Positions 8,171-15,964 of a DNA stretch of 17,642 bases are shown one piece after another. A model generated the notes under the pieces. The model did not search any database and had not been told where the DNA came from. It saw nothing but the letters and a program-made list of their open reading frames with translations. This DNA comes from Elusimicrobiota bacterium (lineage in GTDB: Bacteria; Elusimicrobiota; Elusimicrobia; F11): positions 1 to 17,642 of the forward strand of contig JBJXGI010000035.1 in the NCBI GenBank assembly GCA_046153645.1, written 5' to 3'. The translations under genes were made by a program, and so were the position numbers. Every line of letters starts with the position of its first letter. Position 1 is the stretch's first letter.

Positions 8171-8295
8171 GGAGAGAGTTTCAGTTTCTTTTTTAACATT
8201 GTCATTCTCATTTAAAAGAGAAAACCCTGTCAGCAAGAAAATCAACGAATCACTTAGATCTTTTGTCAAACAAATCAAAGCCTTTTCCTGTAGAC

Positions 8296-8706
8296 TCATT
8301 GTTTTTCCCCCTCAAATTGAGAATCTTTTGTTTGCAAAACCATTGTTTCAAGAAAAAAAGTTCCTTTTAAGTAATAGCCGTTTTCAGATTGAGAAACGTC
8401 CACATCGGGATATATAACAGCCGTCTTTATAACATCAAAAACGCCTTTTTTGCTATTTGCAGCAACATGTGCAGTTTTAATGCATTCATCTGATATTTTT
8501 TGAATTGCTTCTGCGGGGGATACAGCCAAAACCAACTCTGAAACGGGACATCCCCATTCAAATGTTTTGGTTTCAAGAGGTGATTCAAATCGTGAGGGCT
8601 TCATAAATATTTTTCGAGATGTTGTTACAGCGGCGGAATCAATGTCGGTGACAGGAATAAGAATAACGAAGAGGGTTAAAAATATCTTGATCGGAAAATT
8701 TTTCAT
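8296..8706 (-). CDS. Small exported hypothetical protein
   Basis: 136-aa ORF with ATG start, N-terminal basic plus hydrophobic segment (MKNFPIKIFLTLFVILIP) and two Cys. A promoter-like element lies directly upstream. Confidence 0.7.
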   Translation of the reverse strand: MKNFPIKIFLTLFVILIPVTDIDSAAVTTSRKIFMKPSRFESPLETKTFEWGCPVSELVLAVSPAEAIQKISDECIKTAHVAANSKKGVFDVIKTAVIYPDVDVSQSENGYYLKGTFFLETMVLQTKDSQFEGEKQ

Positions 8707-8713
8707 ACCCCAT

Positions 8714-8742
8714 AGCTTAATGCTAGGTCATGACACAATCAA
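8714..8742 (-). promoter_or_regulatory. Putative leaderless-type sigma70 promoter
   Basis: On the minus strand: TTGATT (8742-8737), 17 bp, TAAGCT (8719-8714), then 7 nt to the ATG at 8706. Confidence 0.5.
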
Positions 8743-8795
8743 GACATTGAAGAGAATTGCAGAAGACTAATAAAAACTGCTGATAATCAAATGTT

Positions 8796-9731
8796 TTAAG
8801 GAGCTGGCGTTACTAATTCTTTAGGAAGAGAGAAAACCACATTTTCTTCTTTAATAAAAACATCTTCACTTTCTACATTAAAATCTTTTTTTAAAAAAGA
8901 AACGACTTCTTGTACTAGATATTCTGGCGCTGATGCGCCAGCGGTTAATCCTATGTTTTGAACCCCACTTAACCACTCCGGGTTAATTTCAGAGGCTTGA
9001 TCAATAAGATAGCCAGGAACTCCGCCTTCTTTGGCCACATCAACAAGTCGCTGTGAATTAGAGCTGTTTTTTGAGCCCACAACTAAAAGAAGGTTTATTT
9101 TTAAGTTTAAAAGTTCTCTTACGGCATCTTGACGATTTTGAGTTGCGTAACATATATCATCTTTAGGAGGTGTTTTTGCATTGGGAAATCGACTTCGAAT
9201 GGCCGCCATGAGACCTTTTGTTTCATCTACGCTCAATGTTGTTTGAGTTAATATCATAACCATATTTGGGTTTAAGATTTTCAGATTATCAACATCATGA
9301 GCTTTCTCTACGAGTTGAATTTGACCAGGAGCTTCCCCCATTGTTCCAATAACTTCATCGTGATCCTTGTGTCCAATCAAAACCAATGAATATCCTTCTT
9401 TTAGGAATCGGTGAACCTCTAAGTGAACTTTTGTAACCAAGGGACAAGTGGCATCAATGGTTTTTAAGTTTCGATCTTTTGAAAGATTTCTCACCTCTGG
9501 CGAAATTCCGTGAGCACTAAAAACAACGGTACTGCCAGCTGGAGCCTCAGAGACTTCATCAATAAAAATAACGCCTCTTTTTTTGAAATCTTCCACAACC
9601 AGTTTGTTATGAACAATCTCTCTTCTCACATAAACAGGTGAAGGAAACTTTTCCAAAGCAAGATCAACAATATCTATAGCGCGTCTTACTCCAGCGCAAA
9701 ACCCTCTCGGGGAAACAACAAATAATCTCAT
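8796..9731 (-). CDS. ispH: 4-hydroxy-3-methylbut-2-enyl diphosphate reductase (LytB)
   Basis: PRGFCAGVRRAI, EIVHN, FSAHG, DATCPLVTKVH, QTTLS, DICYATQNRQ, SSNS and TAGASAPE. All three Fe-S Cys are present. Confidence 0.97.
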   Translation of the reverse strand: MRLFVVSPRGFCAGVRRAIDIVDLALEKFPSPVYVRREIVHNKLVVEDFKKRGVIFIDEVSEAPAGSTVVFSAHGISPEVRNLSKDRNLKTIDATCPLVTKVHLEVHRFLKEGYSLVLIGHKDHDEVIGTMGEAPGQIQLVEKAHDVDNLKILNPNMVMILTQTTLSVDETKGLMAAIRSRFPNAKTPPKDDICYATQNRQDAVRELLNLKINLLLVVGSKNSSNSQRLVDVAKEGGVPGYLIDQASEINPEWLSGVQNIGLTAGASAPEYLVQEVVSFLKKDFNVESEDVFIKEENVVFSLPKELVTPAP

Positions 9732-10402
9732 TTTATCAACCTAAAAAACTGATCTTGGTACTGATCAAACAACCCATATTCCTTGAGTTTTTTTCCCAAT
9801 TCTGGAATCAACACTGGATCAATTTTTGCCTTAGTAATTAAATTTTTAATTTCCAACTTTTGTCTTTTTAACTCTCTATCTTCACCATCAAAAAAACCTC
9901 TCTCTTTTAACTCTTGGAGATTTGTGGAAAAAGATGAAATAGTTTCCTCTACAATAAATTTCATTAATGAAAGTTCCCAAGATTTATCTTGACCGGTAAT
10001 AATTGTCTTATTGTAAGCATCTTCCCGGTCAAAATTTTTGACTAAATTTTTCACACATTCCTCTGGAGAAAACAACTCTACTTTTGAAGTCCCCAATTCA
10101 TTTTTAAATTGATATTGCAGACCTTTTAAAACATCTCCATAGTGTGTAAGAAACGATTGAGAATGAGATTGGGCTTCATCACTAAAACCACCAAAAATAT
10201 CAAGTAGCTTATTGGGAGTTAAAATAAGAGGTCTCTCAGCTACTACCGTTCCTATCCGGAGACGAGATCGATCATGGAATCCAGAAACATCAGTGACCAG
10301 TTGATACTGAATCCTTGATGTCCCGAAGGTTGCCAGTCGATGTCTTGGAGCTCGAACTATCTGAATTTGCTGAAAAACTTTTTTTAATTGGTTGTAATTC
10401 AT
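9728..10402 (-). CDS. Cytoplasmic hypothetical protein coupled to ispH
   Basis: 224-aa ORF with no signal peptide or TM segment and an LATFGTSRIQYQLV segment. Its stop overlaps the ispH start (ATGA). Confidence 0.8.
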   Translation of the reverse strand: MNYNQLKKVFQQIQIVRAPRHRLATFGTSRIQYQLVTDVSGFHDRSRLRIGTVVAERPLILTPNKLLDIFGGFSDEAQSHSQSFLTHYGDVLKGLQYQFKNELGTSKVELFSPEECVKNLVKNFDREDAYNKTIITGQDKSWELSLMKFIVEETISSFSTNLQELKERGFFDGEDRELKRQKLEIKNLITKAKIDPVLIPELGKKLKEYGLFDQYQDQFFRLIK

Positions 10403-10440
10403 TAATAAGTATTTTACCCTATTTTATATAACCATGTCAG
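10403..10440. promoter_or_regulatory. Compact divergent promoter region
   Basis: Only 31 bp separate the divergent ATGs. Minus strand: CTGACA (10440-10435), 18 bp, TAAAAT (10416-10411), 8 nt, ATG. Plus strand: weaker TATTTT (10420-10425), 8 nt, ATG. Confidence 0.45.
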
Positions 10441-11228
10441 AATTTATTATCCAAAAATCACCTAAAAATATACGACTTATTCTAAATACCATAGCGACAA
10501 TTTTGTCTCTATTTTTATTCATTTTTTGGGGCCCTAGCGTCATTTTATGGGTGGGTCCTTTTTTAATGATGCTGACCCTTGTAAACATTATTATTGGTCT
10601 AATAAAGAACTCCACCATGATTATAGAAGTCGTGTTATGCGTTTTTGTTTATTTAATTTATGGAATTGCAGCTTGGGTACATATTTTTTATTTATCTCCT
10701 CTTTCAGATTCAAGCCTAAGAATTCCAAAGTTTCAACATCAATATATTGACCCACAAAAGATATTTTCAACTTTAGGGCCAGCGGGGTGGAAGTATTCCC
10801 CCATATTATCGGCATATGATTCAGGTGTTAAGATCCAATTCCAGGATCGTAACCAATATATGGGAGTTTCCGAGGCAACTGTGATGATTAAAACAATAGA
10901 TTCGAATCCTAAAAATAGAGAAGAAATTTTCAAACTCATATTAGAATCACAACGAAATAAAGACAATAAAGGTCAAATTACTATTAATATGGAACCCGCC
11001 GTCCTGCTTGATGGTGAAAAAGGGATGTGGTCTATCATCGAAATCAGGAAACTATGGTTTAAATTTTATCAGGTTAGTTTAATTGGATTAAAAGATAACT
11101 CTCATTTATGTATCGTTTCAGCCACAGGGCTAAAGAATCACGACACTTTAGCCAAGATTTTATTACAAGGTCTTTATCGGGCAACAAAAATAAATAAGCC
11201 TAAAAACAAAAATATCGCTACAAATTAA
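10434..11228 (+). CDS. Membrane protein with about 3 N-terminal TM helices and a soluble domain (possibly PsbP/Mog1/DcrB-like)
   Basis: Hydrophobic stretches over about aa 14-87. FSTLGPAGWKY and LLDGEKG are reminiscent of PsbP-like folds (inference). Confidence 0.7.
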   Translation: MSEFIIQKSPKNIRLILNTIATILSLFLFIFWGPSVILWVGPFLMMLTLVNIIIGLIKNSTMIIEVVLCVFVYLIYGIAAWVHIFYLSPLSDSSLRIPKFQHQYIDPQKIFSTLGPAGWKYSPILSAYDSGVKIQFQDRNQYMGVSEATVMIKTIDSNPKNREEIFKLILESQRNKDNKGQITINMEPAVLLDGEKGMWSIIEIRKLWFKFYQVSLIGLKDNSHLCIVSATGLKNHDTLAKILLQGLYRATKINKPKNKNIATN

Positions 11229-11241
11229 CTTAAATTCCAGT

Positions 11242-11247
11242 TAGAAT
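11242..11247 (+). promoter_or_regulatory. Putative -10 element of a leaderless transcript
   Basis: TAGAAT lies 7 nt before the GTG at 11255. No SD and no clear -35. Confidence 0.35.
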
Positions 11248-11254
11248 AAACAAC

Positions 11255-13420
11255 GTGGACCTTTCTTCCCTCTTTAAAAATAAAACTCAAGTTGTATTAA
11301 AAGACACTTTGACCATTTTTTTCGTAATTGGATTTTATTTCAGTTATTCTTTTATTCCTCCAATAAACAAAATCACGCTGAAAGTTATTCAACCTGTCGT
11401 GGGTGGAATGACAATGATTTATTCCAAATTCAGTCAGATTATTTACCTAAAGTTTAAAAAAGATATTGGGTTTCTCCCGCCCAAAATAAATGAGGAATTT
11501 GATTTAAAAGTAAAAATAGCTCAACTGGTAAATGAACGTGATGCTGAATCGTTAATTCTCATGTCCTCAGATCCGCATCTCAATAAAACTTATAGAGAAT
11601 GGGCCCTACAAAATCTTTTAAAGTTCGACTCTCCTTCTGAATGGATCCAACCTTTTCTAAATGAGTTACCAAAGGGTGGAATGATTGAAGTTAATGATGA
11701 AAAAACCCCAAATATCGATTTACTGATTATGAAAATTAAAGCCGTGGGCGGAAACAAACAAAACCTTATTCGAGCTTATGATGAAGTTGTTTTTAATTTT
11801 ATGATCAAAGCCAATAATCCAAACATGCGAAAAAATGCTTTTAGATGGTTGAATGACGTCATGCCGACAGACGCTGTTTTCTTTTTCGCAAATGGATTAC
11901 GAACAGAAAAAGATCCTTCGGTTCAATCAATAATTGATGAAGGCTTATGGAACGTTAGAGTCATTTCTGATCCAGTTAAAGCGGAAAAAATATTAGCTCC
12001 TTATTACAGAGTTCCTCCCTGGCGCACGGCTAAACCACCACTCATGCTCATCCTTTCAAGATTAGGGACGAAATCTCCCCGCGAAGCAATTTCATTTTTA
12101 TTAAAAACCCCAAATCAATTAAACGCTGAACAATTGGCAGCGTTAAAATCAGCATTCATAAAATTCCCAAATTCTCTTGAAGTTGATGACAAAGAAAAAA
12201 CGATGATTGCAGAAAGGAAAATGAATAGAGTCAGACAATATCAACTGGCTCTAAACAGGCAATATGAAATCGAAAAAAAGGATAGATTGAAGAAATGGGA
12301 AGAATCCAAAAAAGTTTCAAAGGTTTCAGTGGAATTAAAACCACTAAAAGAAGAAAAATCTGTTTCGATTCCAGAAATACCTAAAGAAGTTAAAATTCCT
12401 AAGCCTGAAATTATTGTTACGCCTGAAAAAACAATTCCAGAAAATAAAGTTGCCCAAATTGTTTCAAAAAATGAGGAAGTAAAGAAAGCCATTCCTGTTG
12501 AGTTGCCAACTGTTACTGTTATTGAGGAAACCATCGTTGAAAAAGAACCCATTCAACAAATAGCAAAACTTCCAGAAAAAAAGGAAGAAATACTGCCACC
12601 TCCCCCTCCCATAGAAGATATTCCTCAACTGGTTGTAAGTCCTGTTGATATGATTTTCGAGGTAAAAACAACAGCTGTTCCTCTTTTTGAAAACCCTGGA
12701 GACGCAACTCCAATAGGAACAGTTTTACCAGTGGGATCAAAGGGAAAAGCTAAATTAGAAGCCATATTAAATGAAGTTATTTGGTATCAAGTTGATTCTA
12801 AAAAAGGAAAAGGGTGGGCCAAAGGATCATTGTTATCAATTTACAATCTCTCTCCAAATTATGAGGAAATAACTGAGAAATCTTCAGTCACATCAAATAA
12901 AGATGCTTCTGCACAATATAGAGAAGAACAGACCTATTTCGCGCCTAATTTTGAAAAAGTCCCATTCTTTGATATCCCCTCTGATTCGGGCAAAGAAAAA
13001 GGTAATTTGGTAGAAGGCAACACTTATTTGGCGATTAAATCAGAAAAAGTGGAAGCAGATCGATGGTTTTTACTTAAAGTAGATGAAGAAAACCAAGGAT
13101 GGGTAAGAGGTATAGATATTATTTTGGCAGATGTTTTACAGCCTAATCAGTTAAACCGATCTGATAACCCCATGAGTTTAAGAACAAAAAAATCGGCCTT
13201 TTCTGCTGAGTGGATTATTCCCATTTATAAAGGAGTTTATATTTACTCTAGACCCACATTAACTTCTAAAAAATTAGAGAAAATTAATCCACCTGATATA
13301 TTTAAAATTGTTGAATTATCTCAAGGCGGAGACAGCGAGTGGTATAAAATTCAATATGCCGCAGGAAAAAATGGTTGGGTCCAAACGATGGATGTTAACC
13401 TTACAAAACCTGCTCAGTAG
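11255..13420 (+). CDS. Membrane-anchored protein: helical (HEAT-like) region, K/E/P-rich linker, three C-terminal SH3b-like domains
   Basis: N-terminal TM TLTIFFVIGFYFSYSFI and a PPPPP linker. Three repeats end in WYQV..GKGWA, WFLL..NQGWV and WYKI..KNGWV. Confidence 0.75.
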   Translation: MDLSSLFKNKTQVVLKDTLTIFFVIGFYFSYSFIPPINKITLKVIQPVVGGMTMIYSKFSQIIYLKFKKDIGFLPPKINEEFDLKVKIAQLVNERDAESLILMSSDPHLNKTYREWALQNLLKFDSPSEWIQPFLNELPKGGMIEVNDEKTPNIDLLIMKIKAVGGNKQNLIRAYDEVVFNFMIKANNPNMRKNAFRWLNDVMPTDAVFFFANGLRTEKDPSVQSIIDEGLWNVRVISDPVKAEKILAPYYRVPPWRTAKPPLMLILSRLGTKSPREAISFLLKTPNQLNAEQLAALKSAFIKFPNSLEVDDKEKTMIAERKMNRVRQYQLALNRQYEIEKKDRLKKWEESKKVSKVSVELKPLKEEKSVSIPEIPKEVKIPKPEIIVTPEKTIPENKVAQIVSKNEEVKKAIPVELPTVTVIEETIVEKEPIQQIAKLPEKKEEILPPPPPIEDIPQLVVSPVDMIFEVKTTAVPLFENPGDATPIGTVLPVGSKGKAKLEAILNEVIWYQVDSKKGKGWAKGSLLSIYNLSPNYEEITEKSSVTSNKDASAQYREEQTYFAPNFEKVPFFDIPSDSGKEKGNLVEGNTYLAIKSEKVEADRWFLLKVDEENQGWVRGIDIILADVLQPNQLNRSDNPMSLRTKKSAFSAEWIIPIYKGVYIYSRPTLTSKKLEKINPPDIFKIVELSQGGDSEWYKIQYAAGKNGWVQTMDVNLTKPAQ

Positions 13421-14156
13421 TAATCTCACCCACTTCATCAGCTTTTATCCATCCTTTCAATCCTTGTTGTGGTAAACCAACTTGGGTCCATTGTGGGCGC
13501 TTAATTAAAATTGACACTTTTGTTCCTTCGGGGACGGTAAAACCAACAGCGTATTCTAAGCCAGGACCATTTCGAACTTCCCCCGGTGGAACCAATATAA
13601 CACCTTGCCGATCATTCATTAAAAAAAACTGAACTGAAAACCAAGAGATGGAAATAAATAAAAAAATACCCGTAAACCACAAAGAAAGAGGTTTAAAAAT
13701 TTCATTTTTAATCCACCCTAGAAAAACGGAACCTAATAAAATAAAAAATAACCAAATAAATAAAGTCATTAAAAAACCGGTCTCTCGAACTGTGAAAGTA
13801 AAAAACACTTTCCTTAAGATTGAATCTGAATTATCTTTTAAATGGGCTTTAGAAAGACGTAGGTTATACTGAATATCTGAATCACGCGGATTTAACAAGG
13901 CCGCTTTTTCAAACCAAAAAACAGATTTTCCGCGCTCTCCTTTTTTAAAATAGACATTTCCAAGATTGTAAAAAAGCGCAGGAGATTCGTATCCTCTTTG
14001 GACAAGGTCATGATAAGAAACCAGAGCGCTATCAATATTTCCTTTTTCAATCTCTTGATTGGCGGTGTTAAATGTTTCTTGTGCAGTGCTCGCAAGAAGA
14101 AAAGACCCCCCCTGAAACAGAAAACAAGAAAAAACAAAAAAGTGTTTTAATCTCAT
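13401..14156 (-). CDS. batE: BatE-like TPR plus SH3 domain protein
   Basis: Signal peptide, TPR (ALFYNLGNVYFKKG...AALLNPRDSDIQYNL), two TM helices and a C-terminal SH3b (VRNGPG...VPEGTKV...KGWI). ATGA overlap with batD. Confidence 0.82.
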   Translation of the reverse strand: MRLKHFFVFSCFLFQGGSFLLASTAQETFNTANQEIEKGNIDSALVSYHDLVQRGYESPALFYNLGNVYFKKGERGKSVFWFEKAALLNPRDSDIQYNLRLSKAHLKDNSDSILRKVFFTFTVRETGFLMTLFIWLFFILLGSVFLGWIKNEIFKPLSLWFTGIFLFISISWFSVQFFLMNDRQGVILVPPGEVRNGPGLEYAVGFTVPEGTKVSILIKRPQWTQVGLPQQGLKGWIKADEVGEITTEQVL

Positions 14157-15964
14157 TTTCCTAATTCCTTTTCTAAGCCTTCAATAAGAGCATTTGATTG
14201 AGTGTAAATATCCATGCGTAAAGAATCATCGAATGAAGAAGTTGCAAAGCGGGCCATATCAGCTTGATCAAGAAGATTTCTTAGCTCAAAAATTAAATTT
14301 TCTGAAATTACTTTTTCTTTTAACCTTTTCTCAATATCTTCCCAAATAATTCCAGATGGCGATAATTTAAATTTATCAGCCAAGTAGCCCATTAATGAAA
14401 GTTGAATTGAAGAATAAAAGGGAATAGGATCACTATCATTAATTGTTTTAAGCGACTGTTTAAGCTTCTTTTTAGCCGTACGAATAGCCTCTTTGGTTCT
14501 GAAGTGATCGGAATAGACAGATCGAAGCTGTCCTCTTTTTTTTACTAAAAATGCCGCGAGAGCAAACAAAGGAGGTAAAAAATTAATGAGATAAAACCAC
14601 CCTTGATTTAAAAATAAAGAAGTTGCTGGCCAAATATCGCCTGACTTAATAAACCGGATATCGTTATCAATAACTTGAATCCCTTCTGGATGAGGTGCTT
14701 GAGATTGATAAGGAAGTGCAGTGGATACTTCTTCATTGGTTAAATTTCCTTGATTCACTTTTATTTTCATTTCTTCAGTTGATTCATTTGTGTAATCTCC
14801 AATGGCTGGATTAAAGAATGAAAAGCCAATGGCAGGAATTTTTAATTCTCCAGAAACCTGCGGAATAAGAGGAATTTTAAATTCTTTTGTTCCACTTAAA
14901 AACTTACCATCTTTATCAATTTTGGAATTCGAAATAGTTTCATACTTTCTAAACCCGGAAAATTCAGGGAACACAGGTTCTTTCAATGTTTTAATATTCC
15001 CCACACCTTCAATTGTTAGAATTAAATTAAACGGTTTCCCAACTTCAAATTGATCGACATCCGTTTTCGCATAAACCTTAAAGCGCCCCACTGCACCGGA
15101 AAAGAGAGATGGCTTATTTTTAGGAAGTGCTTTTACTCTCACTGGAATGGCGCGGGTTGAAAGTCTAAAAGACTTACCTCTTCCAAAAAAACTATCAAAA
15201 AAACTATTCGGATCGAATGGATCCTGATTTCCCCTCACCCCTAATTCTAAAGAAGCACTTCCAATGGCCAGTTCACCATCTGAAGTTGGAAAAATAGCAT
15301 AAGGAAGCTCTGTCACTTCATATTGGGCTCCATTAATCGTTGTCATATATTGTTTTTGAGGAAACGACTCCACTAAAAAGCCGGTCAAATTAGGTTCAGT
15401 GTATTTAGGCTGGGAGGTAATACCAACATCAGGACGACGGAGAAACTGTACTTTTAATAGGATTTGTTGTCCTACATAAACTTTATCGTCATTCACAACG
15501 GCAGTCATAAATACAGGTTTCAAACCTTCAGCTGGAACCTGAACTGAAGCGGAACCTTGATCGGTTGTGTCCAATCCACCCCTAGATGCCGACTCTCTAA
15601 CATTTACCTTAATTGCCTGAGTACTATAAGTTTTAGACTCATAATTAAGAGAAATTGAAGGAATTTCATGAACGCCCACTTTTAAGGGAGTTAATAAATA
15701 GTTAAAAGCCACAAAAGATGACATTTGACCATTAATGAATTGAAATGACTGCGCAGATCCGGCCCGATCTACTTGAAAACCAGGAATGTTAATTGTTTCT
15801 GGACCTGAAACATTGTTAACACCAGAGAGCTCTAGTGTTAAAGTAATAGTTCCATTGAGAGGAATATCATTTGCGCTCACCTTTGCCGAAACCTGTGGCT
15901 CTGCAAAAAGGTTGCTTGTTAAATTTAATAGTAAGAGAAAAGATAAAAATTTACCAATCTTCAC
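14153..15964 (-). CDS. batD: BatD family protein
   Basis: SFQFINGQMS, VYVGQQI, FFDSFFG, VKALP, FSGAVGRF, IEGVGNI, FFNP and DIRFIK motifs plus a C-terminal TM. The likely start is the GTG at 15964, which gives a signal peptide (MKIGKFLSFLLLLNLTSNLFA); the track start at 16021 is less likely. Confidence 0.85.
   Translation of the reverse strand: MKIGKFLSFLLLLNLTSNLFAEPQVSAKVSANDIPLNGTITLTLELSGVNNVSGPETINIPGFQVDRAGSAQSFQFINGQMSSFVAFNYLLTPLKVGVHEIPSISLNYESKTYSTQAIKVNVRESASRGGLDTTDQGSASVQVPAEGLKPVFMTAVVNDDKVYVGQQILLKVQFLRRPDVGITSQPKYTEPNLTGFLVESFPQKQYMTTINGAQYEVTELPYAIFPTSDGELAIGSASLELGVRGNQDPFDPNSFFDSFFGRGKSFRLSTRAIPVRVKALPKNKPSLFSGAVGRFKVYAKTDVDQFEVGKPFNLILTIEGVGNIKTLKEPVFPEFSGFRKYETISNSKIDKDGKFLSGTKEFKIPLIPQVSGELKIPAIGFSFFNPAIGDYTNESTEEMKIKVNQGNLTNEEVSTALPYQSQAPHPEGIQVIDNDIRFIKSGDIWPATSLFLNQGWFYLINFLPPLFALAAFLVKKRGQLRSVYSDHFRTKEAIRTAKKKLKQSLKTINDSDPIPFYSSIQLSLMGYLADKFKLSPSGIIWEDIEKRLKEKVISENLIFELRNLLDQADMARFATSSFDDSLRMDIYTQSNALIEGLEKELGK

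Noticed and set aside
8194..8216. Fur box on the minus strand (AATGAGAATGACAATG)
   Set aside because: Only one half-site matches well, which is weak evidence in AT-rich DNA.
8199..8770. Plus-strand ORFs 8199-8417 and 8567-8770
   Set aside because: Antisense to a better ORF that has a signal peptide and promoter; no recognisable features.
12241..12740. Antisense ORFs and repeat-like sequence in the SH3 protein linker
   Set aside because: Explained by low-complexity K/E/P/V coding; no true tandem DNA repeat.
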